A model generated the notes under the pieces. The model was not told the DNA's origin. It saw only the letters and a program-made list of their open reading frames with translations, and did no database searches. Made by a program: the position numbers and the translations under genes. Of a stretch of DNA of 64,000 bases, positions 28,584-39,600 are shown in pieces; within the stretch, counting starts at the first letter, position 1; each line of letters starts with the position of its first letter. This DNA comes from a virus (Duplodnaviria; Heunggongvirae; Uroviricota; Caudoviricetes): IMG/VR virus record IMGVR_UViG_3300035703_000003. One strand, 5' to 3'.

Positions 28584-28901
28584 GATATACCTCAGAACAA
28601 AAGATAAATGATTGCGAAGGCAGTAAGACAGTTTAGTATACCGCTAAGGGGTTCGATAACCAAACTGTTAAGCAGTTTCTTTTTCATGTTAGCCTGCCAT
28701 TTCCAAGGTTTCTTCACGGATAGTCAATGTTTTGCCGGTCATTTCTTCCAGCACCATCCACAGTTCAGCAGCATTACCAAAGTCAGGCTCTTCGCCATAC
28801 ACTTTATCAGTCTCGTCGACAATCACAAAGTTGGTCATCAGTGTTCTCCGTCGTTTCCTACAGTATTTTTATAGCATAGCACAACTATACTGTCAACACT
28901 T

Positions 28902-29270
28902 TTATTTCACTACAATCCGAATGTTTCCGCTGTTAACGTTATATTCTGCAGCAAAGCCAAGTTCTTCCATGGCGTTCAAAACATCGACCGATTTCACATA
29001 ACGATTGGGCATGAACTTGAACACTGTAACATCAGTGAACACACCCTTGCTTTTCTGATCCCGGGCAGTTTCAAAAATCTTTTCGTAAAAGCTAGTGTTA
29101 TTCACACGAAGCATTGACCGCAGTGTGGACACTGCAGTTTCAACTTTGGAGCGGTGCGACTGGCTTTCAAAAAAGTGACTGTTTGCATTATACGCTGCAC
29201 GGGCCCGAAGCTCTGCATCGACTGCAAAAAACTTGGCTTGCTTTTCGTCTTTGGCTGATTTCTGAAACAT
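28902..29270 (-). CDS. Hypothetical early protein
   Basis: GGAG SD, directly downstream of promoter 29298-29326. Confidence 0.7.
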   Translation of the reverse strand: MFQKSAKDEKQAKFFAVDAELRARAAYNANSHFFESQSHRSKVETAVSTLRSMLRVNNTSFYEKIFETARDQKSKGVFTDVTVFKFMPNRYVKSVDVLNAMEELGFAAEYNVNSGNIRIVVK

Positions 29271-29297
29271 AGTGTTTTCTCCGCTGTCTACATATAC

Positions 29298-29326
29298 AAT
29301 ATAGTGTAAGAGCTCTTGGATGTCAA
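29298..29326 (-). promoter_or_regulatory. Sigma70-type early promoter with perfect AAGAGCTCTT palindrome
   Basis: TTGACA-17-TATATT; 29288-29329 is identical to 51322-51363. Confidence 0.85.
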
Positions 29327-29334
29327 CCTATTTT

Positions 29335-29520
29335 TTACTCTTCGCCTTCTGCAATTTCTGCTAGCATTTCTTTAACATCGTAGCCATACGCTTGAATTGC
29401 AGCAACAATCTCTTTTGCACTTGCGTATGCGTCCCAGCTTTGCACGTCGTCTTCATCACTGTCGTCGTATGCGTTAGCAGCAATGTCGGTAATGTTAGCA
29501 AACAGTTCTTCCAGTGTCAT
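29335..29520 (-). CDS. Small acidic hypothetical protein
   Basis: Own promoter and SD. Confidence 0.65.
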   Translation of the reverse strand: MTLEELFANITDIAANAYDDSDEDDVQSWDAYASAKEIVAAIQAYGYDVKEMLAEIAEGEE

Positions 29521-29547
29521 TGTATCTTTCCTTTTTCTTACATATAC

Positions 29548-29576
29548 AATATAGTGTAAGAGTTCTTGGATGTCAA
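29548..29576 (-). promoter_or_regulatory. Sigma70-type early promoter with spacer palindrome
   Basis: TTGACA-17-TATATT; aagagttctt at 29558-29567. Confidence 0.85.
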
Positions 29577-29587
29577 TAGTCGATTAT

Positions 29588-29617
29588 AAAAAAAGTTGCC
29601 CCGAAGGGCAACTTTTT
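29588..29617. terminator. Bidirectional Rho-independent terminator
   Basis: aaaaaagttgccc-cgaa-gggcaacttttt. Confidence 0.85.
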
Positions 29618-30221
29618 AATCATTGCTAGCTACAACAATTTCCTCGTTGTAAAAAACGTGATTATCAATTTGGACTACTCGGTTGAATTTTTTCCTCCAA
29701 CCTGGTTTTGAATAGTCTGCGTGGAAGTAAGTTGATCCTTCTGTAGGATCTAACTCTGTGTGGTAGTTTTTGAGAACGTAAGTAGCAATATCCTTTGCCT
29801 TTTCCCACGCTTCCTTATCTTTAGGTTTATCGCTCTTGCCATCATTGGTCCAGCTGAATTGACCTGATTGCCAAACAACATTACAAATAGTGTTTGGAAA
29901 TTCGATGCTGAAAACTCTATTCATTGTGACCCAAGCAACGGCCTCTTGACCGATGGCACTTTCGCCTCTAGACTCAAAATAAATGTTTTGTGCTAGACAA
30001 TAGAACTCGTTTTCAGACGTTGTATCATATAGTGTAAGTATTGGTTTTTCTACTTCGATGTATTTCGGAACATACACTATCTGAATTGGTTGATACTGCG
30101 AGGCAATATCTTCTGGGGGTGCTGCAACAGCAGGACTCACCGAACCACTTAGGTATAAGCTAGTTGCTAACCCCAGTGCGATTCCAGTTGCAAATCCTCC
30201 CATTAATATAGACATCTTCAT
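29616..30221 (-). CDS. Cell wall hydrolase, SleB/Hydrolase_2 family, with N-terminal anchor
   Basis: CLAQNIYFESRGE..GQEAVAWVTMNRV..FPNTIC.VV.Q..QFSW..DPTEGSTYFHA..IDNHVFY. Confidence 0.9.
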   Translation of the reverse strand: MKMSILMGGFATGIALGLATSLYLSGSVSPAVAAPPEDIASQYQPIQIVYVPKYIEVEKPILTLYDTTSENEFYCLAQNIYFESRGESAIGQEAVAWVTMNRVFSIEFPNTICNVVWQSGQFSWTNDGKSDKPKDKEAWEKAKDIATYVLKNYHTELDPTEGSTYFHADYSKPGWRKKFNRVVQIDNHVFYNEEIVVASND

Positions 30222-30285
30222 ACACTTCTCCTTTTCAGTAAGTTACTTATAGAATGTTGTGTGGTAGATGTCTACTAATAAAATA

Positions 30286-30311
30286 ATCGTAAGCGGGTTT
30301 CCGCTTACGAT
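30286..30311 (-). terminator. Stem-loop, probable terminator
   Basis: atcgtaagcgg-gttt-ccgcttacgat followed by a T-rich tract on the minus strand. Confidence 0.7.
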
Positions 30312-30319
30312 ACAGGGGA

Positions 30320-30604
30320 TCAAACAGCTTCTAGCATACCTGCAGGGACCTTATACGTAGTGGTCCCAAACATGCCGTGGTTAGCAACCTTAACGAGCAC
30401 CGTTTTTTGGTTTACTTTGCTAACAGTGCCTTTGATAACAGCACCGCCCCGAGCAGTAAACTTAACAGTGTCGCCGATAACAAAGTTGCGAATGTTGCGG
30501 CGGCTCAGATAGGTCATCTGTAGCTTGACAGCTTCGATAACTTGGTTGAGTTCGGTTTGCGTTTTAATGTGGCGGATCTGATCTACGAGAGTATTCACGC
30601 TCAT
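30320..30604 (-). CDS. SH3/KOW-like small protein
   Basis: FVIGDTVKF..GTVSKVNQKTVLV. Confidence 0.6.
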   Translation of the reverse strand: MSVNTLVDQIRHIKTQTELNQVIEAVKLQMTYLSRRNIRNFVIGDTVKFTARGGAVIKGTVSKVNQKTVLVKVANHGMFGTTTYKVPAGMLEAV

Positions 30605-30633
30605 TGTACTTTCCTTTCAGTCGTTATGTTTGA

Positions 30634-31014
30634 TTAGCGCAGGTAGTGGGGACCGGTCCAGGCAATGCTGTAACCGTTAAACACGTTACCACGGGCGGCG
30701 GTCGACAATGAGGGGCTTGCCCAGCTAACAGCTTTAAGGATGTCACCTTGTTTAAACTTGGGACCGTTGTCTTTAACAATGAAGCCCCACACGCTGCCGT
30801 TCTGGACAATCTTGATATACTTTCTACCTTCCTCGACACGTAGGGTTTTTTCGAACCGCTCGATCATGTCTCGGTTGGTTTCGCTATATTCGGGACCATC
30901 TTCACGCTTGGCAGCAAGACCGCCGAACGAACGGTTCATCCAATCTCGGTAGTCAGTTTTGATAGCTTCGACAAGAACTTCGATAGCAACAGTCATATCA
31001 GTTAGTTTCATCAC
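30634..31014 (-). CDS. Conserved T4-like phage hypothetical protein
   Basis: GRKYIKIV..SVWGFIV..GDILKA..ARGNVF. Confidence 0.7.
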   Translation of the reverse strand: MMKLTDMTVAIEVLVEAIKTDYRDWMNRSFGGLAAKREDGPEYSETNRDMIERFEKTLRVEEGRKYIKIVQNGSVWGFIVKDNGPKFKQGDILKAVSWASPSLSTAARGNVFNGYSIAWTGPHYLR

Positions 31015-31040
31015 ATCTCTCCTCTATCGTCTACATTATT

Positions 31041-31069
31041 AATATAAGATGTCTTGGTCAGAAGATCAA
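31041..31069 (-). promoter_or_regulatory. Sigma70-type promoter with palindrome next to the -10
   Basis: TTGATC-17-TATATT; aagatgtctt at 31046-31055. Confidence 0.7.
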
Positions 31070-31105
31070 GAGTTATTTTGTCTTTTTTTGAAAAAAGATT
31101 TAAGT

Positions 31106-31958
31106 TTACTCTTCGATATTTTCTGATCGAAATTCTCCGATCTCGATACGTTCGATCGAGTCTGGCGGATACCAAACGTTGTCGAGTTTGATACCGTTTT
31201 TAGCACGTTTTCTTAGCCACTCGTTAACATCGGAAGAGTCGTAACGATAGCTACCAAGTGAACCCATTCTAAAGTCGTCAAACTCGATGACCCGTTCAAA
31301 CGGAGTTTCATTGCCTTTGATGTAAATTTTAAGTTCTTGGCTATGTCGCTGCAGAGGATTAGTCTCGTAACGCTTTTGTTCGTTGGTCCTTGGATCCCAG
31401 AGCCACTTTAGTGTATCAACTAGTCCCATTTTATATTTCCTTAGTTGTCAACTTTTTCAACAGTACCATCACATCGAACAAGCTCTATATACACAGCACC
31501 GCCGACGCTTTTACCAATATAACGTCCTGCCCGTGGGGAAAACCCCAACCGTGCATAGTTTATTGCATGTGTTTTCGCATCTTTTTTGCTGCCAAATGTA
31601 CGGTTCAAGTCTTCCTGTCCTGGCTTACATACACGATAAAATGAAATCTTTGCTTTTGACATTGTTAACCCTTCCCTCCTGATTACGACCAATCCATATC
31701 AATTTCTTCAGTGTAGCCACCGCTGTTAACAACTTGACCACCAACGATCACCGAGTTGGGACCAGTGTAGCGCCAATACATTGAACTGCGAGTGGTAATT
31801 TTTTCTGCCCACCCGTAATCACGCAAGTCTCCAATGCAAACGGAATACGCAGATCCACTTGCATCAGTCAGTTCGACCGTAATACCGGCAGCAATCTTTG
31901 CAACTGCTTCGGTAACCATTTCACGCTTTTCTTCACGAGTGGGCAGCTTTATCATCAT
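31106..31958 (-). other. Three small hypothetical CDSs (31106-31429, 31441-~31662, 31683-31958)
   Basis: Minus-strand ORFs with SD sequences, downstream of promoter 31984-32012. Confidence 0.6.
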
Positions 31959-31983
31959 ATCTCTCTTCTTTGCTTACATTACG

Positions 31984-32012
31984 AATATAAAGTATGATGT
32001 CTTACTTGTCAA
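31984..32012 (-). promoter_or_regulatory. Sigma70-type early promoter with degenerate palindrome
   Basis: TTGACA-17-TATATT; atgatgtctt at 31994-32003. Confidence 0.8.
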
Positions 32013-32473
32013 GTCTTTTTCTTGCCTAAATAGTCTTTTTCGGTATAAGTTTTTGCCATATGACACAACACACATAATGTATTAATATTATCTCCTGTGT
32101 CGGCGCCGCCTTGACTTTTTAGTTTAATATGATCTCCGTGCATTACGCCACGCATGGCACGAATTTTGTCATATTCGTTTTCTACATGTCCAAACCGTAA
32201 TTCATCTTCACGTGGATCGTAACCGCAATTTTTACAAATCCAACCACGATAAAATGTATAAGGGCGTTCTGGTTTACCCATCCCGCCGTATTCTACACAT
32301 TCTAGTTGATGTTTACGGCATAGCAAATTGCTACCGGGGCCGTCGTATGTGCTTAATGGTTCGCAACAATCTTCTAGCATACAAGTGGCCCCTCGGGCCA
32401 CTTGCTCTTTAATTACAGCATTACTTTTGCTTTGATCTTTTTTTAAGTCACGGATCGTAGCCATTAGTTCCAC
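32009..32473 (-). CDS. HNH endonuclease with Zn-binding Cys pairs
   Basis: CKNC..HGDHIKLKSQGGADTGDNINTLCVLCH. Confidence 0.8.
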   Translation of the reverse strand: MELMATIRDLKKDQSKSNAVIKEQVARGATCMLEDCCEPLSTYDGPGSNLLCRKHQLECVEYGGMGKPERPYTFYRGWICKNCGYDPREDELRFGHVENEYDKIRAMRGVMHGDHIKLKSQGGADTGDNINTLCVLCHMAKTYTEKDYLGKKKT

Positions 32474-33621
32474 AAGTCTGTTTCTGCTACAGTAAAACCG
32501 TTGTTAGGAATATACTTAGGTGTTGCTAGTTTAGTGCTCTTTTTAAGTTGAGCAATCAAAAACGGAATACCTGTCCGCATTTCTGTAGTAAATCCACGAA
32601 CAATAACCTCGCCGTGTTCGTTAACATCGTCACTGTTTTCGTTTTTACTACGATACCAATTATTATACGCATTTTGCACTTTATTCCAAAACATGCCGTT
32701 TGGACTAAAGTCTGCTTCAAAGAACTCTTTGGTAAACGTAACAAACTCAGACATATACTTGTCGTTGACTTTGATATTTTGTTCATAACACAAGTTAAAG
32801 TATTCAAACAACTGACGAGCCTCTTTTGCATCTACTGGGCGGTTTGCATTTAGCCGTGCCCAATAATCGCAAAACATACGAGTTACTTCCGGATTTTTAC
32901 GGGTCTTTGCACTCTTACTCATTAGTGTATCTGCAAGTAGGGTAAATGCGCCAGATTCATCCTCGTCGCCAAACTTACTGTTTGTAGCAAACAAATCTGC
33001 TGCAGCAAGATAATCGTTTTTTTGTGCAGCGTCCAACCATTCAGGATCATCAGCACCATCGACCTTAACACCGAACACCATTTGTTTATAAGTGTCAATG
33101 AAGTCGAGCGGTTCTTTTGCATCACCGTTGAGCAAAATAAAGTTACGACGAATTTCTAGTTTTTGACTTGTTGAGTATACAACAATTGGCACAATACACT
33201 TTGCTAGTCGTTCGCCATATACAAGTGCAGCAATGATATATAAGGCTATCGCTGTATGCTGCCCGTCCCATGCTACGTATTTGCCGTCGCTATTTTGATA
33301 AACTTGCAACGACATAACCATAGTTTCTCGGAAATTGTTAATGATATTGATAATATGTCGAATGTTCGGCTGTCGCTGCATACTTGTATCAACTAAGATA
33401 CAGTCCAACGAAGATTCCAAACCTTTGCAGAGGTTAATGTCTGCAAACTTTCCCCAGTTTGGATTTCGACGTTTAAATTCGTCCACTGCTTGATCGAGTT
33501 GGACTTTAAAATGAGGCGCTTTATCTAGTGCTTCATTTAGACGCTGTTGAAGCGTTACGAAATTGGATTTGCTTGACTCGTATTCTTTGTTCACACGAGT
33601 AGCGTATGATAGTTCTGTCAT
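32464..33621 (-). CDS. ParB/Srx-fold (DGQH-type) protein
   Basis: VDTSMQR..YVAWDGQHT..FILLN. Confidence 0.65.
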   Translation of the reverse strand: MTELSYATRVNKEYESSKSNFVTLQQRLNEALDKAPHFKVQLDQAVDEFKRRNPNWGKFADINLCKGLESSLDCILVDTSMQRQPNIRHIINIINNFRETMVMSLQVYQNSDGKYVAWDGQHTAIALYIIAALVYGERLAKCIVPIVVYSTSQKLEIRRNFILLNGDAKEPLDFIDTYKQMVFGVKVDGADDPEWLDAAQKNDYLAAADLFATNSKFGDEDESGAFTLLADTLMSKSAKTRKNPEVTRMFCDYWARLNANRPVDAKEARQLFEYFNLCYEQNIKVNDKYMSEFVTFTKEFFEADFSPNGMFWNKVQNAYNNWYRSKNENSDDVNEHGEVIVRGFTTEMRTGIPFLIAQLKKSTKLATPKYIPNNGFTVAETDLWN

Positions 33622-33685
33622 TTTAGTTTCTCCATTTTAACGGTCATCCTGACCTGTGGTTGCGAGCTTCTCTTGCTCAATTACT

Positions 33686-33714
33686 AATATAGCTTAACTT
33701 TATAGTTATGTCAA
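33686..33714 (-). promoter_or_regulatory. Sigma70-type promoter of the ParB-HNH operon
   Basis: TTGACA-17-TATATT. Confidence 0.75.
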
Positions 33715-33721
33715 CTACTTT

Positions 33722-34078
33722 TTATCCCCAATCGAACAAATCTTTACCTGTAGCTACTGTTTCTTTCACAGTATTTTTTCGCATCTTAGATGCGGGATAA
33801 TTTTTAGTCTTCGACAATGATCTAACAGCACCTGCAATGATGCTCGGATATTCGCCTAAGAAACTGCCTGCTTCCAACATATCTTTTGAAAGCAAGTGTT
33901 TGTGATAATGTGCTATGTTATCGAAATTTGCTAGTAACTGCTTAGACATACTGTCATACATAGCGTCACTAAGAATAGGATCATCCAACACATAGTATGC
34001 ATATGATGCCATCAAATACCACGGCACTAACATATTCTTATTGTCTGCTATGATCTTTGCAGCATAATCGTCATACAT
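33722..34078 (-). CDS. Stand-alone NAD-dependent DNA ligase domain Ia-like protein
   Basis: AYYVLDDPILSDAMYD matches LigA YY..D.P.ISD..YD; no KxDG motif. Confidence 0.7.
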   Translation of the reverse strand: MYDDYAAKIIADNKNMLVPWYLMASYAYYVLDDPILSDAMYDSMSKQLLANFDNIAHYHKHLLSKDMLEAGSFLGEYPSIIAGAVRSLSKTKNYPASKMRKNTVKETVATGKDLFDWG

Positions 34079-34098
34079 CGTTTTAATCCGGTCATGTC

Positions 34099-34577
34099 TC
34101 AGATAGATTGAAACAAAAACTTGTATGCAGCAACATGCTCTGGACTTAGCTTAAACTTTGCATGTAAGTAATTCATATAATTTTCGTCTGTTTGCTCTTT
34201 ATCTAAGTATACTATTGTAGCGTCATATTCTTTAAGAAATTTTCCTTTAGGATCACAACGCATCCAGTCTTGCAATGCAGTAAAAGGATCAACTATACCG
34301 TCGTTGTAATATACTGAAATGCTTATAGTATCAATACTCAACACTTAACCCCGATACTAGTAAGCATCAGTTTTGCTACAGTAGTATCCATATCCTCACT
34401 CTCATCTTCTTCAATTGATGCCATGAGTGCTAGTCTAATAAGTGTTAGACATCGAGTCCGGACTCCTGGGGATTGTCTGTTAATCCACAAATGTAATTCT
34501 TCGTCTGTGTCGAGACTCCACATATAGTCCAATAGCTTAACATCTTGCGGAGTTAGTCCTGGTATTTGAATTGTCAT
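34099..34577 (-). other. Two small hypothetical CDSs (34099-34344, 34338-34577)
   Basis: Coupled ORFs. Confidence 0.6.
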
Positions 34578-34969
34578 ACTACAGTAAATCCTGTTCCTAG
34601 TAGGTCTTTGGCAAGCGAATTACGTTGTTCTAGTGACCAATTACCTTTAATAACGCCGTCGCCGCCTGCACATGCAGCATCAGTGACATCTTTCGATTCT
34701 TTAAGACCAAAGCCAGACATGAATCTGATTGACTTGACGGCTTCGATAATCCTTACATCTTTACTGTTGTCACGACGAATTCTAATATTGCCAGACATTT
34801 CTCCGGTGATCAGACGAAACATCAGCTCATCACGAAGTTCAGGATCAAATGCATCCATCATTGCATAAACACGGTCAGCACCGAGATCGCCTGCCTCTTC
34901 TCGAGCAGTGCGAATAAACTCAAGTGCAAGAGTAGTTAGTTGGTCACTAAACCGGTATGTCATAATCAC
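34574..34969 (-). CDS. Protein with ribosomal bL12 (L7/L12) C-terminal-like domain
   Basis: IIEAVKSIRFMSGFGLKESKDVTD resembles KI.VIK.VR..TGLGLKEAKDLVE. Confidence 0.65.
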   Translation of the reverse strand: MIMTYRFSDQLTTLALEFIRTAREEAGDLGADRVYAMMDAFDPELRDELMFRLITGEMSGNIRIRRDNSKDVRIIEAVKSIRFMSGFGLKESKDVTDAACAGGDGVIKGNWSLEQRNSLAKDLLGTGFTVV

Positions 34970-35222
34970 GACTCCATGACGGGTTGCTGCCCGTCATTTT
35001 CCATCTCCGCCTCCTCCTCCTCTTCAATTTGACGAACTTTTGCTTCCAGTTGAGCAATATAGTGATCTAGTGCTTCCTGCATTGCAGATTCAGGAAGCTC
35101 GACAATATCGCCCAGCTTGTCGATGATTGCGATCAGTGTCAGGTAATGCATGGTGTCCCTCTTTGCGTTGTGTGTTAGTGGTAGCACATATGTTACAGCA
35201 TGTCAAGCCAGTTTATTGTATT

Positions 35223-35582
35223 TTACGACCCCATACAAAGAGTAAGCGAGCCGTCGTCTTCCATATGGAAGTCTTCGACAAAGGTGTGCCAGTCACCTTG
35301 TGCTTTAGCTTGTTGATAGCAAGATTCTGCGGCACGCCAAAGGGCACGGACACCGCCGCTTTCTGCTACTGCCGACACAGTGATCCATTTTGCGGTCCCG
35401 TTCATCAACTCCTCTATCGTAGCATCTTGAGAGATAAAGGAGTAGTTCACATTGCGGGGCTTATCAGTGAAGATTTTTGTATCTACGGATTGTGCTTCCC
35501 AAATGGACCAAACCGTTTCAACCCCAAGCTCAGCTTGGCAATCGGACCAGTATTTAACTTCGATCATTGCATCGGTTATCAT
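35223..35582 (-). CDS. Hypothetical early protein
   Basis: GGAG SD; downstream of promoter 35610-35638. Confidence 0.65.
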   Translation of the reverse strand: MITDAMIEVKYWSDCQAELGVETVWSIWEAQSVDTKIFTDKPRNVNYSFISQDATIEELMNGTAKWITVSAVAESGGVRALWRAAESCYQQAKAQGDWHTFVEDFHMEDDGSLTLCMGS

Positions 35583-35609
35583 AGCTATCTCCCTCTGTCT
35601 ACATTTATG

Positions 35610-35638
35610 AATATAGTGTATGAGTTCTTGCTTGTCAA
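35610..35638 (-). promoter_or_regulatory. Sigma70-type early promoter with degenerate palindrome
   Basis: TTGACA-17-TATATT; atgagttctt at 35620-35629. Confidence 0.8.
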
Positions 35639-35641
35639 CCA

Positions 35642-35956
35642 TTATTTGTCTGTAGCTAGAACTACATCGTAACCTTGTAGCTTTAGTTGTATCATCTCGT
35701 CGTATGTAAGATAATTGTAATTAGGAAAGTATTCACGAGTAAGAGCAATCCAAAGATCATGTTGCCATTTCAACGGATCATTCGTTGCAATCTGAGACAA
35801 ATTCGTTGCAATCTGAGACAATGGTTTTGTAACAATGTAACGTTTTCTGCCGGTTTTCTTTAGCATATCTTCGTTACGTTGTTTTAACCGTGATGCAAAG
35901 TTAGGTTCCCATTTACGACTATGTTTATCCCATTTTGCCATTATAAGTGACTCCAT
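35642..35956 (-). CDS. Hypothetical protein with a 21-bp in-frame tandem duplication (35780-35821)
   Basis: LSQIATN twice; C-terminal YLTYDEMIQLKLQGY shared with 37571-37810. Confidence 0.6.
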   Translation of the reverse strand: MESLIMAKWDKHSRKWEPNFASRLKQRNEDMLKKTGRKRYIVTKPLSQIATNLSQIATNDPLKWQHDLWIALTREYFPNYNYLTYDEMIQLKLQGYDVVLATDK

Positions 35957-36127
35957 ACAAGTTTACAGTATACACCATCTTCGTAATTTTCAAACCAAAT
36001 GGCGGTAAGGTTTTCTAATCGCCAACGCTTAGGTGGTCCGCCGTATGTTTCAAAAAGCCATGACACTAGGCTACAAAACTTTTCTTCTGATATTGGTTTT
36101 GTAAACTTTACTATCATAGCTTTTTAT

Positions 36128-36418
36128 TTAAAACAGTTGTTTATTTTTTACAGCTTGAATTCGTTCTTCCATAGTCATTGATTGTTGAACTGGCTGTCTG
36201 CCCCAGCGTCGTCGTTGATTTTCTTCGTAGGTTAGTTCTTTGCTGAGATACTCTCCACTCCAGCTATCAATTACATCTGCCATTTCTAACAGTGCTGCAA
36301 TTACGCTGCTTTTGTCTCCCCACCCATGTTCTAAGTATGAATCAGATTGGCGAGCGTTGAGAAAGTCAGCACGTTCTCTCATCGCAGTTGATAAACTTTT
36401 TGGGTTGTTCATAGTCAA
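36128..36418 (-). CDS. Hypothetical protein
   Basis: ORF in operon. Confidence 0.55.
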   Translation of the reverse strand: MTMNNPKSLSTAMRERADFLNARQSDSYLEHGWGDKSSVIAALLEMADVIDSWSGEYLSKELTYEENQRRRWGRQPVQQSMTMEERIQAVKNKQLF

Positions 36419-36427
36419 CTCGTGCTA

Positions 36428-36688
36428 CTAGACTGGTTGGACACTTTTGACATTTGCCACACGGAATGAACGCCATTCATTTTTATCTGTGCAATATACA
36501 ACCATCACTTCTTCGTTAACAGCACGAACCTTTTTCTGTGATAGTGGGTCTTCTTTAACTGCAGGCGGAAGTAAATCTTCACGTAGTGTGCATGGCATAG
36601 TGCGCTCTGTTCCGTCTACTTTAGTAAACGTAACGTTATATACACCTGATTGTAGTTGTTCTGCTAGTTCTTGACGTGTTAGTAACAT
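36428..36688 (-). CDS. WYL_2 (Sm/SH3-like) domain protein
   Basis: VTFTKVDGTERTMPCTL..DKNEWRSFRVANV. Confidence 0.8.
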   Translation of the reverse strand: MLLTRQELAEQLQSGVYNVTFTKVDGTERTMPCTLREDLLPPAVKEDPLSQKKVRAVNEEVMVVYCTDKNEWRSFRVANVKSVQPV

Positions 36689-36689
36689 G

Positions 36690-39600
36690 TTATATTCCTC
36701 TTGTTAATATTGTTAATTTAAATTCAATCCCACGGTTGTATTCTGGGAATACAAGATAACGTTTTCCATTTTGTTGCACAACTGCTCCGCCTTGCTCCCA
36801 TAACCAACCTTCAAAATTTTGATTATATCCGGTTCTAGATACCCGTTGATATGATGTTTTGATTCCCCACTCACTCCAGTTGCGTCCTTCATGGTGTTGT
36901 TCAATTTTCCATATTCTATATACTTTGTCTAAATCATCTGGCTCTAGTGTAAACTGTTGATAGTTCATGATTGTTTCCATTTTAGTTTAAACGCTAAACT
37001 ATCATTGTAGTCATTGAAGTAGTAACTTCCTACATAATCATAACCACTGACATCACTTGTATCTGCTACTTTATAAGTTACATAACTTTCACAACATTCA
37101 ACTGCCCACTCGTGCATGTTTTCAAACACTGCATACGGATCTGCCCATTCTATTCTATCACCTATGCTTATACGGTATGTCATGACCAAACTGTTTTAAA
37201 TGTAATATAATCGTTGTAATCTTTAAACCCAAAAAATAGTTCGTCTGTACCACCTATGCCATTAGGCAGATATTGGCCTGCATGATCTTGTATTACTCGT
37301 TCCCAATGCCAACGATACTTATTGCGACAATTTTCCTTACACCATTCTTCAACCCGAGAGCCATTCCATACTTCTCCCCACATAGCATCAACTCTAGCTT
37401 CTAAATGTTTGTAGTTGACCACTGCTACATAAGGATAACCGAACAATTGATCTCTCACAGTGAGACCACGGATATTGAAGTCAGGATCGTTATAGCGTAG
37501 ATAACTTTCCCAATGATGATGTCCGCTCTTTTTAAGTATGCGGTCCCACTTCCACTCAAGAAACTTATACTTAATCGTCGTAATCGAAAACCATTTCAAC
37601 AGTGTCAATTTTATAGCCTTGTAATTTTAGCTGAACTAACTCAGTATGTGTTAGATATAAAAAATCATTTTTACCATCAGGTGATAGAACAAGATAACAT
37701 CTACGCCTTCCTTTAGGACTAAACAAATCGTTGTGTCCGTAAGGATCTTTACTCTGTTTAAGTCGTTGTTCTAGACTTACTTCATACTTAGGTGCTCGAT
37801 TTTTCTTCATTTACTGCATCAATTAGTTCTTGCGCCCGTTGCATTGACAAATAATAGTCGCTATACGGAACAGGTTTTCCTGTAAACAATATGCTAAACA
37901 ATTCTTCGGCCGTTATAGCAGGCGGATCTTTTCTAATATCCTTGATCGTTTCAAACCTGAAAGTCTTTTTATTCATCTTCCAAATACGATGAGACTGCCC
38001 GTCGAGATTTTCTTTATTTTTTGCATCCTTATCAACAGGCATGAAATAGTATTCGTATCCGCTACGAGTTTTTACTTCGTAGTATTCAATATACAGCGTC
38101 ACGAGTAGTGTACCAAGTTTACCAAACGCCATGGCTTTGAGTTAAGCCATTCAAAGTGTTCAGGATACAGTCGTTTAAACTTTGACATATAATCCCAACG
38201 CATTTGATCCAGCACATTATGACTGATGTCAACTTCGTTTGAGTTAACCATTTCTCCCCAACGTGCATCGCCACTGTCATACAGACATTCTCCAAACACC
38301 ATATACTTGCCCATCATACCGTCCATAAGAACGTGTGCTTGAGCGTCTGCGGGTTCTTTGTTGTAGCCATAGGTATCGGTATTGGCTTCTTCTACAGCCT
38401 CGTAGGCATCGTAGAACTCATTATTCCACTCAGTGCGAACACCCCAATAGCTATAGACGTGAACGTTAATTCCCATTAGAAAGCCACCTCATCATCTTCA
38501 TAACGTTCTTTTAACTCCAAATACAGATCGTATTCGTTGTCGTTTTCGTATTTTGCTTTAAGTTTCAAAAATAGTTCGTAATCTCGATCTGGGCCGATTT
38601 CAGCAACCGGTTGTTCTCGATTTTCATAACGCTGTTTTGCATCTTCGATTACGGTATTGTAGTTACCTTTGATGGGATCACCCATCCATGTTAGGGTAGC
38701 AGTGTGCTCAGTGACTGGCGCCCAATCGATACGTTCTTGACCAGCGCCTTCGTATGCTTTAAGACTTTGATTCTCGGTGTTGTAAACTAAGTGCCAGCAA
38801 CCATTTTCGACCCAGCCTCTCCATACCCCATCTTTAAAAGATACATCTGAGCAGTATAGCCAGCCGTGATCGTCGAATAGAAATACTTTGCCAGTCATTG
38901 ATACTTTGTGCTTTCTCGTTTACTTACTAGTTTGTGGTTTTTGCAGTCTTCAATAAAGACATTGAAATTTGCACTGTCTCTATTAACTGTGTAACATATC
39001 TGCCCACCAAAGTAAACCAGAAATTCTCGAGTAGTGTAACATTCTAGAACAATAGTATATGCAGTAGTCATAGCAGCGCCACCCATGCCGCCATGCCCTA
39101 GCGCAGTGCTACCCCATGTTTGAGGGAACATAGCATACACACCAAAGTCTCTAGTAGTAGGACGACGAAGTGCTTTTACTGTAGCACTCATGCTTGCTCG
39201 CTTTTCTTCGGCGGTTCTAGCATTGCGAACAGCATCGTAGTCCATTCGTTCGTATTCAATGTCTGAGAAGCCCACATACTGAGCGTGGGCGATGCAGTCT
39301 GCTAGATCTGTAATTGGATTTTCTACATACATCATTCTCTCGATTCTCTAAGATTCTGAATATACTTTTCCGCTTCTTCACGTGTTGTAAACCAGTCTTT
39401 GAAATCCTCAGGCCATGAGGGTTCAGTTTCGCCGTGAATTTGCCCGTCAGGATAACGGAAGTGATATTCGTCTAGACGATCTTCATCGAATCGAACTTCA
39501 CCTTCTTCTACAAATGTTACTTTGCCACAATATTCACGTTCTTCAATCAAATATACCCAAGTATCTTTATCATAACGGAACCATTCGACTCCGTCTGCAT

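Noticed and set aside
35780-35821. 21-bp tandem duplication as a regulatory repeat
   Set aside because: Simple in-frame duplication inside a small ORF
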